A stretch of 64,000 bases of DNA. Origin: Spirochaetia bacterium. Lineage in GTDB: Bacteria > Spirochaetota > Spirochaetia > UBA9216. The stretch is from assembly GCA_963677925.2 (NCBI GenBank), contig CAXXYH010000003.1, positions 416,001 to 480,000 on the forward strand. Direction: 5' to 3'. This document shows positions 36,930 to 46,015 of this stretch, piece after piece. Under the pieces are notes generated by a model that was not told where the DNA came from, did not search any database, and was given only the letters and a program-made list of their open reading frames with translations. A program made the position numbers and the translations under genes. Within the stretch, counting starts at the first letter, position 1, and every line of letters begins with the position of its first letter.

Positions 36930-37877
36930 TTATTTGAATTTCGCTATCGATTTGATAACCAGATCGATAAACTTTTCTCTGTCAATTTTAAAAGCCACCT
37001 CTGCATTTGCAGGCTTTTTTGTCACGCCGTTAAAATCAACAACTGTACTGCCCAGAGTCGGTCCGTCGTTTGTATCGATTTCAACATGACAGTCAACCAT
37101 TCTGAAAATTGAAGGATCGACAATATAAGCCATGCAGCAGGCATCATGAAGGTGTACACCTTCTACCCAGTCCTCATCTGCCAGAAAATATCTGGTAGCC
37201 TTGGTGATAAAGAAATCAAGCAGATCGGCGAATATTTCTCCGGATTTTGTGCCAAGGTTCCGGAGTGACTTAATTTCATCAGGCATCATACTGGCCCGGT
37301 TTGTTACATCAAGTCCGAACATTGAAACTTTTACACCGCTTTTAAAAACTATGTCTGCAGCTTCAGGATCTACTAGAATATTAAACTCTGCAGCCGGAGT
37401 TATATTTCCTCCGAAACAGGCACCGCCCATAATGATTATCCGTTCAAGTTTTTCTTTTAATTCCGGATAAGCAAGAAGAAAAATAGCGACATTAGTAAGC
37501 GGACCTGTTGCAACCAGAGTAATTGGTTCCGGATGATTCCGGATAATATCTGCAGTAAAATCCCAGGCTTTCCCCTTGAATGCTGCTGTTGTCGGTTCCG
37601 GAAGTTCAGCACCATCAAGACCGGAATCACCGTGAATGTCGGCAGCAATCCGCAAATTTCTTGTCAGCGGTTTTGAAGCGCCGGGACATACAGTAATATC
37701 TTCTCTTTCCGCAAGTGCAAGAAGTTTTCTTGCGTTGTTGAATGTTTTTTCAGGGAGCTGATTACCTGCACAGGTAGTTATGCCCTTAACTTCTATTGCA
37801 TCATTTGCAAGGGCAATGAATAATGCTACAGCATCATCATGCCCCGGATCACAGTCAAAAATTATCGGTATTGCCAT
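36930..37877 (-). CDS. Nucleoside hydrolase (IU-NH / Rih family)
   Basis: DCDPGHDD, HGDSGL, TGPLTN, AEFN..DPEAA, GLDVT and LHD motifs. Confidence 0.94.
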   Translation of the reverse strand: MAIPIIFDCDPGHDDAVALFIALANDAIEVKGITTCAGNQLPEKTFNNARKLLALAEREDITVCPGASKPLTRNLRIAADIHGDSGLDGAELPEPTTAAFKGKAWDFTADIIRNHPEPITLVATGPLTNVAIFLLAYPELKEKLERIIIMGGACFGGNITPAAEFNILVDPEAADIVFKSGVKVSMFGLDVTNRASMMPDEIKSLRNLGTKSGEIFADLLDFFITKATRYFLADEDWVEGVHLHDACCMAYIVDPSIFRMVDCHVEIDTNDGPTLGSTVVDFNGVTKKPANAEVAFKIDREKFIDLVIKSIAKFK

Positions 37878-38698
37878 TATGCTTCCTTTAATCCTGTTTC
37901 ATTTTTTACAGCACTGATCATTTCAGTAACATCAAGAACGTTACCGGGCAGCCCCATTCGATATGCAACCCTACTGACATAGGGCTGTTTCAGCATGCTC
38001 TGTTTTAAAACATCGTGGTTCCAGAATGTTGCCCTTCTGTCTGAATCAGAGATAATTTTTTTGTTGGCCATTACAACGACTCTTTCAAAGTTCTTAACGA
38101 CAAACTCCATATCGTGTGTAATTGTAATTACCGTTTTACCCTGCTCCTTCAGGAATTTAAGTACATCTGCAAGAACTTCCATACCATAGAGGTCCTGTCC
38201 GGCTGTCGGTTCATCAAGAATGAGAACATCCGGATCATTTGCCATTATCGCTGCAATCGTTACAAACTTTCTTGTGGAGTAAGGAAGGTTATATGGATTT
38301 TCATTTAAATACGGACGTATCTTGGTAACATCAACAGCTGTGCGGACACGATTCTTAATCTCTTCGATCTGAAGTTTCATATACTTGGGACCAAAGGCAA
38401 CCTCGCTGTAAATAGAATCGTTAAAAATCTGATCATCCGGATTCTGGAAGATATACCCTACTTTTGAGGAAAGCTGAGCAACGGTATGATCATTAGTGTT
38501 CCATCCGTCAATTACAACTTCACCTTCCTGCGGTTTTAAAAGTCCATTCATCAGCTTAACAGTAGTTGTCTTCCCTGCACCGTTCTGACCGACTATTGCC
38601 AGGAATTCACCTTTGGCTACTTCAAGATTGATATTCTCAATCGCAGTAAAATCATTTGGATATGTAAAAGTTACATTCTTCAGTTCAATAAAACTCAC
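37877..38698 (-). CDS. ECF transporter ATPase (second copy)
   Basis: GQNGAGKTT, FQNPDDQ, LDEPTAGQD and THDM motifs; GTG start at 38698. Confidence 0.9.
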   Translation of the reverse strand: MSFIELKNVTFTYPNDFTAIENINLEVAKGEFLAIVGQNGAGKTTTVKLMNGLLKPQEGEVVIDGWNTNDHTVAQLSSKVGYIFQNPDDQIFNDSIYSEVAFGPKYMKLQIEEIKNRVRTAVDVTKIRPYLNENPYNLPYSTRKFVTIAAIMANDPDVLILDEPTAGQDLYGMEVLADVLKFLKEQGKTVITITHDMEFVVKNFERVVVMANKKIISDSDRRATFWNHDVLKQSMLKQPYVSRVAYRMGLPGNVLDVTEMISAVKNETGLKEA

Positions 38699-39555
38699 AG
38701 TACAGCCTCTTTTGTCAGTATTTTTTCCATCACGTTTATGCATTCATCTTCCGTGATCGCTACATCATCTACAGGCAGACCGCTGTTTTTGAGTGCAAGA
38801 CAAAGCTGTGCAAACTGTGGAATGGCAGTATTATGCTCAAGAACATTCTCGCTGGAGAGAACCTCCTTAGCAGGTCCGTCCATTACAATCTCACCATCAT
38901 CAAGAAGAATAATATGATCAGAGTACTCAGCAACCAGCTCAATCTTGTGTTCAACAAGTATGATGGTTTTACCCATTTCTTTCATAAGCTTGATAGTCTG
39001 AAAGACCTCTTCAGTACCGATAGGATCAAGCTGTGACGTAGGTTCATCAATTACAAGGACATCAGGTTCCATAACAAGGATTGATGCAAGAGCTACACGC
39101 TGCTTCTGTCCGCCGGAAAGAGCAAAGGGGTCTTTGTCTTTTAAGTATTCAATCTGCAGAAACTCGAACATCTTTTCTACACGCGCCTTAATTTCCTCAG
39201 GATCAACACCGAGGTTTTCAAGTCCGTATGCTACTTCTTCAAAAACTGTACCTTTAATACCGCTTATCTGAATAAAGGGATTCTGAAAGACATAGCCGAT
39301 TTTCATAGCAAGCTCACCCATACTCAGCTCACTCATGTCCTGACCGTCAAGAATAATCTCACCGTTCAGCTCACCCTTGTAAAAGTTGGGCACAAATCCC
39401 CTTAATGCGCTGCATAATGTTGTTTTACCACTTCCGTTACAGCCGATAATTGAACAGAACTCACCTTTTTCAATTGAAAAATTCAGGTTCTTGAGAACAT
39501 CGCCCTTGCTGGTCGGATATTTGTATGAAAGGTTTTTAACTTCTATAAGAGCCAT
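38695..39555 (-). CDS. ECF transporter ATPase
   Basis: GCNGSGKTT, FQNP, LSGGQKQR and DEPTSQLDP motifs. Confidence 0.92.
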   Translation of the reverse strand: MALIEVKNLSYKYPTSKGDVLKNLNFSIEKGEFCSIIGCNGSGKTTLCSALRGFVPNFYKGELNGEIILDGQDMSELSMGELAMKIGYVFQNPFIQISGIKGTVFEEVAYGLENLGVDPEEIKARVEKMFEFLQIEYLKDKDPFALSGGQKQRVALASILVMEPDVLVIDEPTSQLDPIGTEEVFQTIKLMKEMGKTIILVEHKIELVAEYSDHIILLDDGEIVMDGPAKEVLSSENVLEHNTAIPQFAQLCLALKNSGLPVDDVAITEDECINVMEKILTKEAVL

Positions 39556-40298
39556 AATGCAATCCTCCCTGCGATAAGTCCTATAAGAATAATAAGCATG
39601 ACAATTTTGAGCGGCTTGTCGGCTCTTGTAAGTTCGATTTTATGAATCCTCGTTTTCTTGACCGGAGCTGTAAAAGCCCTTGATTCAAGTGTGATGGCTC
39701 TTTCTTCAGTATTGGCTATTGATGACAGAACCAGCGGCCCTAGCATCGGTATAAAGGCCTTTATTCTGACCATCAGACTGCCTTCGGTTTCAACACCTCT
39801 GGCCCTCTGGGCATCCATAATAACCGTTGACTGTTTTTTCATTTCAGGAATCATCTGCAGTGTTGCAAGAATGACGTAGGTTGCAGTCGGTGAAAAACCA
39901 TTCTGCTCAAGAGCAAGAACGAAATCTTTCACTTCGGTGATCCTGAAAAAGAGAACGAAAGAACAGGCTATTGCAAGAACCCTCGAAGACATCTTGAACC
40001 CGAACTGGATTCCTTCATTAGTAATTCTGAAGATTCCCTTTCTCCATACTTCATCCACTCCAGGATAAAAGAACATCTGCATTACAAGAATCAGGATTAC
40101 CAGAATCAGAATTGATTTCCTTGAAAACTTAAGATAATCCCTCAGGCAGCCTGCCATTGCAGCAATTACCGCCGCTATTAAAAAGCAGGAATAGGCATAA
40201 ATGTAGCTCGGAATAATTACTGAAGACACAGCTATCAGCAGGGCGAGATACAGCTTGGTTGTCGGATAAAGCTGAAGAACAGCATTATTTTTACTCAT
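39543..40298 (-). CDS. ECF transporter transmembrane T component
   Basis: AQRARG and ESRAF Arg motifs; start at ATG 40298. Confidence 0.9.
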   Translation of the reverse strand: MSKNNAVLQLYPTTKLYLALLIAVSSVIIPSYIYAYSCFLIAAVIAAMAGCLRDYLKFSRKSILILVILILVMQMFFYPGVDEVWRKGIFRITNEGIQFGFKMSSRVLAIACSFVLFFRITEVKDFVLALEQNGFSPTATYVILATLQMIPEMKKQSTVIMDAQRARGVETEGSLMVRIKAFIPMLGPLVLSSIANTEERAITLESRAFTAPVKKTRIHKIELTRADKPLKIVMLIILIGLIAGRIALWLL

Positions 40299-41115
40299 CA
40301 GTCCCCTCTTTTTTATACTTCTCTGCTGTTTGCCAGCATGTAGTAAATTCAACATTTTCAAAAGATTTTATATGCTTAATAAGATTATCCAGAACTTTCA
40401 TTCTTGCCGGGCGTCCAATCACCTGCGGGTGGCAGGTAAGAATGAAACAGATGTCTGAATTTTCTTCTTCCATAAACTCTTCATACAGGGCATCAAATTC
40501 AGCAATCCAGAATTCCTGCACAGCAGAAACCGGCTGTATCGCCTTACCCGGAATTCTTACCGTGTAAAGCCAGAAGGCTGCATCATCGAGTACCCAGTGA
40601 ATTGGAAGTTCAACGATATTCGTCTTGCGCTCAAACACCTGAAGATGCCCTATACGGTCTGTATGCATCATATTGCTTGAATACTCAAATCCTATATCAA
40701 GAAGGATATCCAGTGTATTTTCACTGAACTCCCATGCTGGAGATCTATAACCTTTAGGCTTCTTTCCAGTCAGCTTTTCAAGAATCTCATTGGTTCTTGT
40801 AAGCTCTTCCTTTTCTGCATCAGCAGAAGGAAGTTTGTCCGGATATGTATGGCTGTAACTGTGATTGCAGATCTCGTGTCCGGCTGTATCTATTTTCTTT
40901 ATCTGCCCGGGATACCTTTCAGCAATAATTCCGGGAACAAAAAATGTAGCAGGGACTTCATTTCTTTCAAGAACTTTCATTATTCTAGGAAGCCCTTCAA
41001 TAATTCCGTAAGTTCCAAGAGAGCGGGTAACAGGAAGATGATCAAGCTCACGGGAAGCCCAGAGTGATTCTCCGTCGACATCAAAGGTAAGCATTACGGG
41101 CATTTTTTTCTTCAT
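40291..41115 (-). CDS. CE4 polysaccharide deacetylase family, PuuE/HpPgdA-like
   Basis: TFDVD, ATFFVPG, HSYSH, YRSP, ELPIHW..DD and CHPQVIGRPAR motifs; no signal peptide. Confidence 0.85.
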   Translation of the reverse strand: MKKKMPVMLTFDVDGESLWASRELDHLPVTRSLGTYGIIEGLPRIMKVLERNEVPATFFVPGIIAERYPGQIKKIDTAGHEICNHSYSHTYPDKLPSADAEKEELTRTNEILEKLTGKKPKGYRSPAWEFSENTLDILLDIGFEYSSNMMHTDRIGHLQVFERKTNIVELPIHWVLDDAAFWLYTVRIPGKAIQPVSAVQEFWIAEFDALYEEFMEEENSDICFILTCHPQVIGRPARMKVLDNLIKHIKSFENVEFTTCWQTAEKYKKEGTDE

Positions 41116-41136
41116 AATATTCTTCTCCCTAAAATC

Positions 41137-42312
41137 TTATTTTTTCAGAAACTCTATTGCAGAGAGGGCATAAATCTCAACAGACTGGGCAAGACGCTTT
41201 ATCTCTACTTTTTCATCTGCAGTATGAGATTCATTTGCCGGACCGGGGCCGAGAATTACAACAGGGATACCGGCGTGAAAGATATGTGACGCATCGGTAC
41301 AGCCGCCCTTTCCCCTGTATTTGGGATCGGTTCCTGTTACCTTTTTAAAGGCCTCTTCTATGGTAGTAACAACTGCATCTGAAGCTTCAGTTATAAATGG
41401 ATCCCAGCCCTTGTTGATAAGACTTAATTCAGTTGTGAAACCCTCAGTTTCTGCCTCATCAAGAGCCGCCTGAATCTCGGATGTAATTGATTCTTCGGTT
41501 TCACCCGGAAGCATTCTGCGGTCGATTGTAAGAATGCATTCTTCAGGGATAATATTGGTCTGCCGGCCGCCGCTGATAATTGTGAAAGAAAGACTCGGCT
41601 GCTTAACCTGGTCTTCGAAAATTTCATTATAGTAGTCAAACTTGATTTTCTTTACCGATTCAATTACTTTTGCCGAATGCTCAACCGCATTCTTTCCTAC
41701 ATGCGGCCGGCCGGCATGACAGGCGGAGCCCGATATCTTGATTTCAAACCATCTCAAGCCCCGCTGTGCGTTTTCAATATAAAAATCTGTCGGCTCTGAC
41801 GATACAGCACCATCGTAACGGTTACCAAGTTTTTCAAGAAGCATCCTTGTACCGTTTTTACTGCCAGTTTCTTCATCTCCGATACCCCAGAACTCAATCT
41901 CACCATCCAGTTCTATACCGTTATCCTTGATAGCCTTCATAGCCGACATCATTGATGCGACTCCGCTTTTCATATCTGAAGCGCCGCGTCCGATTATAAA
42001 ACCGTCTTTTTCTACGGCTTGAAAAGGATCTACCGTCCAGTTCAATCCCGCAGGGACTACATCAAAGTGTCCGTTCCACAGAATTTTTCTGCCGCCTTTT
42101 TTACCGTATCTGGCAACAACATTGGCGACACCTTCACTTTTCACGATTTCGGCATCAATATCATTCGACAAAAACCATGAGAGTATAAATTCTGCACATT
42201 CATCCACATGTCCCGGAGGATTAACGCTTTTTATTCTGATAAGCTGTTTCGTAAGTTCTCTTACTTCTTCTGCATCTATTTTAAGTTCAATCATTTTAGT
42301 TTCCTGTTTCAT
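41137..42312 (-). CDS. M20A metallopeptidase (ArgE/DapE family amidohydrolase)
   Basis: NGHFDVVP, GRGASDMKSG, DEETG, EPT and HTADE motifs. Confidence 0.92.
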   Translation of the reverse strand: MKQETKMIELKIDAEEVRELTKQLIRIKSVNPPGHVDECAEFILSWFLSNDIDAEIVKSEGVANVVARYGKKGGRKILWNGHFDVVPAGLNWTVDPFQAVEKDGFIIGRGASDMKSGVASMMSAMKAIKDNGIELDGEIEFWGIGDEETGSKNGTRMLLEKLGNRYDGAVSSEPTDFYIENAQRGLRWFEIKISGSACHAGRPHVGKNAVEHSAKVIESVKKIKFDYYNEIFEDQVKQPSLSFTIISGGRQTNIIPEECILTIDRRMLPGETEESITSEIQAALDEAETEGFTTELSLINKGWDPFITEASDAVVTTIEEAFKKVTGTDPKYRGKGGCTDASHIFHAGIPVVILGPGPANESHTADEKVEIKRLAQSVEIYALSAIEFLKK

Positions 42313-42962
42313 TTCATCATTTTAAGAACACTTGCAACCCTGCGGCCAAGCATTTTTGCGCTTTTCATTCCAAGTTCATCATCAAGTACAGCATCCCTTG
42401 ACTTGCCCCGCTGCGGATATGTAGTTCCTGCAGCACCAAGATAGCAGCCGGGTGTGGGTTCCGGGCCTGTTCCTACAACAATCATATTCTGTATGAAATA
42501 GTAGTAATGGATAGCCTGAATAGTAAATTCCTCACCGCCGTTTCTATTTCCGCCGACAGCAATTGCACCCCCGATTTTATTGCTTAATGCATTCTGATAT
42601 GAACTTTTGCCATATCTAAGCAGGCCTTCGGTTCTATCCATAAATGCTTTTACCTGTGCAGTCATTGAACCGAAGTAAACCGGACTTCCTATGATCAGTG
42701 CGTCACATTCTTTAAGTTTTGGATAGATTTCTTCCATTCCGTCTGTAATGGGAAGACAGGGCTTATCTTTCTCAGCGGCTTTTTCATTACAGCAGGCAAA
42801 ACATGAAATACATGGCTTAATTTCATAATCACGCAGGTAAATTGTTTCAGTCCTGACTCCGTCTTCAAGAGCAGCTTCATCAAGAGCAGTTTTAAGCATA
42901 ATATCCAGATTAGCCCCCTTCCTGGGGCTTCCTGAAATTCCTAATATAAGTTTCTCACTCAT
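42309..42962 (-). CDS. Flavodoxin-fold iron-sulfur flavoprotein (Isf-like)
   Basis: SGSPRK, CISCFAC..C, GSPVYFG and RNGGEE motifs. Confidence 0.88.
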   Translation of the reverse strand: MSEKLILGISGSPRKGANLDIMLKTALDEAALEDGVRTETIYLRDYEIKPCISCFACCNEKAAEKDKPCLPITDGMEEIYPKLKECDALIIGSPVYFGSMTAQVKAFMDRTEGLLRYGKSSYQNALSNKIGGAIAVGGNRNGGEEFTIQAIHYYYFIQNMIVVGTGPEPTPGCYLGAAGTTYPQRGKSRDAVLDDELGMKSAKMLGRRVASVLKMMK

Positions 42963-42972
42963 TAAATAATCC

Positions 42973-44253
42973 TTATTTTAAAAGTGCTACAACGCCGGAG
43001 CTAAGCCCGGGTACAAAAGTAATAACAAGCAGTGTAATTAAAAGTCCAATAATAAAAGGCAGAGCCTTCGAAACTATTTTGTCCATTGGTATTCCTGTCA
43101 TTCCCGATGCTACAAAAAGATTCAGTGCAACAGGAGGTGTAACAAAACCAACTTCAAGGTTAACAGTCATCATTATTCCAAGATGTATAGGATCTATTCC
43201 CAGAGGCTGCAGAACCGCAAGCAGAATAGGAGCGAATACAATTATTGCAGACATGGTATCAAGAACCATTCCTGCAAGAAGCAGAAAGACGTTAATTATC
43301 AATAGAATAACAATCAGATTGTCCGTTACCGAAAGCAGCAGATCACTTATCATTCCAGGTATCCCGAGCATGGCAAGCACTCCGCCCAAAGCCGCAGCCG
43401 GAGCAAAAGTCAGCATAATACCGCCGATGAATGAAGCGTTTTCGTTAAAGATTTTAAGCAGATCCTTCCACTTAAGTTCCTTATGAACAAACATTCCTAT
43501 GATAATTCCATATACAATCGCAACTACCGCTGCTTCTGTCGGAGTAAAGATTCCGCCGTAGATTCCTCCAAGAATAATCACAGGCATAATCAAAGCCCAC
43601 TTGGCCTCCCATAACGCGGCAAGAATTTCTTTAACTGATGACTTCTCACCGCTGCCCTTATATCCCTTTTTCCAGGAAACTATTTTAGCGATGACAATTA
43701 AAACACCAGCTTCTACAATTGCGGGAACGACGCCTGCAAGAAAAAGATCTCCAATTGATGTGTTTGTTGCACAGCCGTAAACAACCAGCGGTATGCTTGG
43801 CGGGACGATTACCCCGAGACTTCCCGATACAGCGACAAGACCAGTTGACCAGGTCCGATCGTATCCGGCTTTCTGCATATGCGGAATCATTATTGTTCCG
43901 ATTGCAGCCACAGTCGCAGGGGCTGAACCTGATATTGCTCCAAAAAACAGGCAGGCAAGAATTACGACCGTCCCAAGTCCGCCGGTTGTTCCGCCGCTGA
44001 ATTTATTTGCAGCGTTTATCAGCCGCCTCGAGAGTCCGCCCTTCTCCATAATAGCGCCTGCAAGAATAAAGCAGGGAACTGCAAGCAGAGGAAGCGAATC
44101 AAGGCCTGAATACATTGACTGGGCAATGAATTTTAAGCTTGTCACATCAAAAAGAAATGCAACCGATATCATTCCTATAGCGAAACAGATTCCTATCGGA
44201 ACTCCTATTACAAGAAAAAGAACTGCCAGGCCGGCTAGTACCATAGTTTCCAT
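42973..44253 (-). CDS. dctM: TRAP transporter large permease
   Basis: LLAVPCFILAG, SGSAPA, VPPSIP, FTPTEAA and TPPV motifs. Confidence 0.93.
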   Translation of the reverse strand: METMVLAGLAVLFLVIGVPIGICFAIGMISVAFLFDVTSLKFIAQSMYSGLDSLPLLAVPCFILAGAIMEKGGLSRRLINAANKFSGGTTGGLGTVVILACLFFGAISGSAPATVAAIGTIMIPHMQKAGYDRTWSTGLVAVSGSLGVIVPPSIPLVVYGCATNTSIGDLFLAGVVPAIVEAGVLIVIAKIVSWKKGYKGSGEKSSVKEILAALWEAKWALIMPVIILGGIYGGIFTPTEAAVVAIVYGIIIGMFVHKELKWKDLLKIFNENASFIGGIMLTFAPAAALGGVLAMLGIPGMISDLLLSVTDNLIVILLIINVFLLLAGMVLDTMSAIIVFAPILLAVLQPLGIDPIHLGIMMTVNLEVGFVTPPVALNLFVASGMTGIPMDKIVSKALPFIIGLLITLLVITFVPGLSSGVVALLK

Positions 44254-44745
44254 TTAACTCTCCTGCAGTCCACTTTTAGATTCACGGATAATCTTCACTG
44301 TATCCTCAATCAGACGGATAGTGATTGCAGCAAACGAAATAGGTAGAACCGAATAAATCGCCCACTTCGGAATTTCTGTGATTGCAGTAGTCATTCCGAA
44401 TCTTTTAAGATTAGCCACAACGCCTATCAGTCCGTAAATAATAAAAACATTTGTTATCATAAAAACTATATTGGCAATTACAGCCAAAACAGTCTGTGCT
44501 TTCGGTTTTAATAAATTTGTAACTACTTCTATCTTTAAATGCTGTCTTCTTCTGGTTGCGCCTATGGCGCCCAGGTAAACTGACAATATAAAAAGTACGA
44601 TTGCAATTTCCTCAGTAAAGGAAATTGAGTTTCTGAATACATATCGTGAAACAACCTGAAGGAACAGCAGAACTACCATTACAGCAGAAAAAGATGCGGC
44701 TACTATATATTCAATATTCCCTAAAAACCATTTTAATCTTTTCAC
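44254..44745 (-). CDS. dctQ: TRAP transporter small permease
   Basis: QVVSRYVF, TEE and HLKIE motifs; 4 TM segments. Confidence 0.9.
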   Translation of the reverse strand: MKRLKWFLGNIEYIVAASFSAVMVVLLFLQVVSRYVFRNSISFTEEIAIVLFILSVYLGAIGATRRRQHLKIEVVTNLLKPKAQTVLAVIANIVFMITNVFIIYGLIGVVANLKRFGMTTAITEIPKWAIYSVLPISFAAITIRLIEDTVKIIRESKSGLQES

Positions 44746-44777
44746 AAGATTCTCCTGTTCTTAATTCCCAAATATTT

Positions 44778-44800
44778 GCCGGCAGGAATATCCTGCCGGC
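44778..44800. other. Hairpin between dctP and dctQ (mRNA stabiliser or partial terminator)
   Basis: GCCGGCAGGA-ATA-TCCTGCCGGC. Confidence 0.6.
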
Positions 44801-44809
44801 TTCAAAAAT

Positions 44810-45910
44810 CTATTTAAGTCCGGCAGCGGTAATAATGCTGTCGAAATATTCAACGCCGATTGACTCTTCCATTTCGGGCCATGCAGTCATTGCCTTTTCC
44901 TGGAACACTTTCAGTTCAGCTTCTGAAAGTTCATACACTTCAAGGATTCCCTTAAGCTTAAGAAGATATTCAGCTTCTGCGTTTTTTACTTCGTTAAGAG
45001 TAAAAGCTGCCGCCTCTGCTGAAGCCTTGTCAAAGGCTGCCTTAACATCAGCAGGAAGCCCCTGGTAGAAATCTTCGTTTACAGCCATAGTTCCCACTGC
45101 TGAAAGGTGGTTTGTGATAGTCAGGTACTTCTGAACTTCTGCAAACTTGTAGTCGTAGATAGTTGAAAGCGGGTTTTCCTGACCGTCAACAACCTTCTGC
45201 TGAAGAGAGGTGAAGAGCTCACCGAAAGAAATCGGAGTCGGTGAACATCCGAGAGCCTTCATACCGGCAATGTGAAGCGGGTTGTTCTGAACCCGGATCT
45301 TAAGACCCTTCATATCATCCGGAGTCTTAACTGCATTCTTACTGTTTGTAAGCTGTCTCATACCAATAGGAGCATAGTAAAGAGGTCTGAGGTTCGTATC
45401 TTCAAGGCATTTCTCAGTCATTATGTCACCTACTTCACCGCCAAGAAGTTCCATTGCGTTATCCATGGAAGTGAAAAGGTAAGGAACGTCAAAGGGCTGG
45501 AAAGCATTTGTAAGCTCGGCAAAACTTCCAAGGGGCCAGTCGGTCATTTCAAAAGATTCATTCTGAAGACCGCCAAGTATTGCATCGGTACTTGTACCAA
45601 GAGTTCCGCCGAGATAGTACTGAATCTCAACCTTATCACCGAGTTCTGTTTTTAGAACCTCAAAGAATTTCTTGAAACCTCTCATATAGGGGTGATCATC
45701 AAGGTTCCGGCTTGTTGAAGCGTATCTGAGGACAATTTTGTCCGGATTATCTGATTCTGCAGTAATGAAGTCGGTTACTGACATAGTTTCACCGGCTGCT
45801 TTTGCCTCGCTGCCTTCAGCAGATGCTGTTTCAACTTTTGCCTTCACACAACCGCTGAAAATCAATGCCGCTGCAACTATTGCTGCAAATAAAATATTTT
45901 TTTTCTTCAT
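44810..45910 (-). CDS. dctP: TRAP substrate-binding lipoprotein
   Basis: Lipobox FSGC; GLKIRV (carboxylate-binding Arg); ELFTSLQQKVVDGQENP. Confidence 0.92.
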   Translation of the reverse strand: MKKKNILFAAIVAAALIFSGCVKAKVETASAEGSEAKAAGETMSVTDFITAESDNPDKIVLRYASTSRNLDDHPYMRGFKKFFEVLKTELGDKVEIQYYLGGTLGTSTDAILGGLQNESFEMTDWPLGSFAELTNAFQPFDVPYLFTSMDNAMELLGGEVGDIMTEKCLEDTNLRPLYYAPIGMRQLTNSKNAVKTPDDMKGLKIRVQNNPLHIAGMKALGCSPTPISFGELFTSLQQKVVDGQENPLSTIYDYKFAEVQKYLTITNHLSAVGTMAVNEDFYQGLPADVKAAFDKASAEAAAFTLNEVKNAEAEYLLKLKGILEVYELSEAELKVFQEKAMTAWPEMEESIGVEYFDSIITAAGLK

Positions 45911-46015
45911 CTTGTATTCCTCCAAGTTAAATTATTAAAAAAGTAAATACTTCTGTTTCCTAATTTATAAGTTCCGCTCTTCTCCTCCTAAATTTAGGTT
46001 AGTTATATAATCTGC

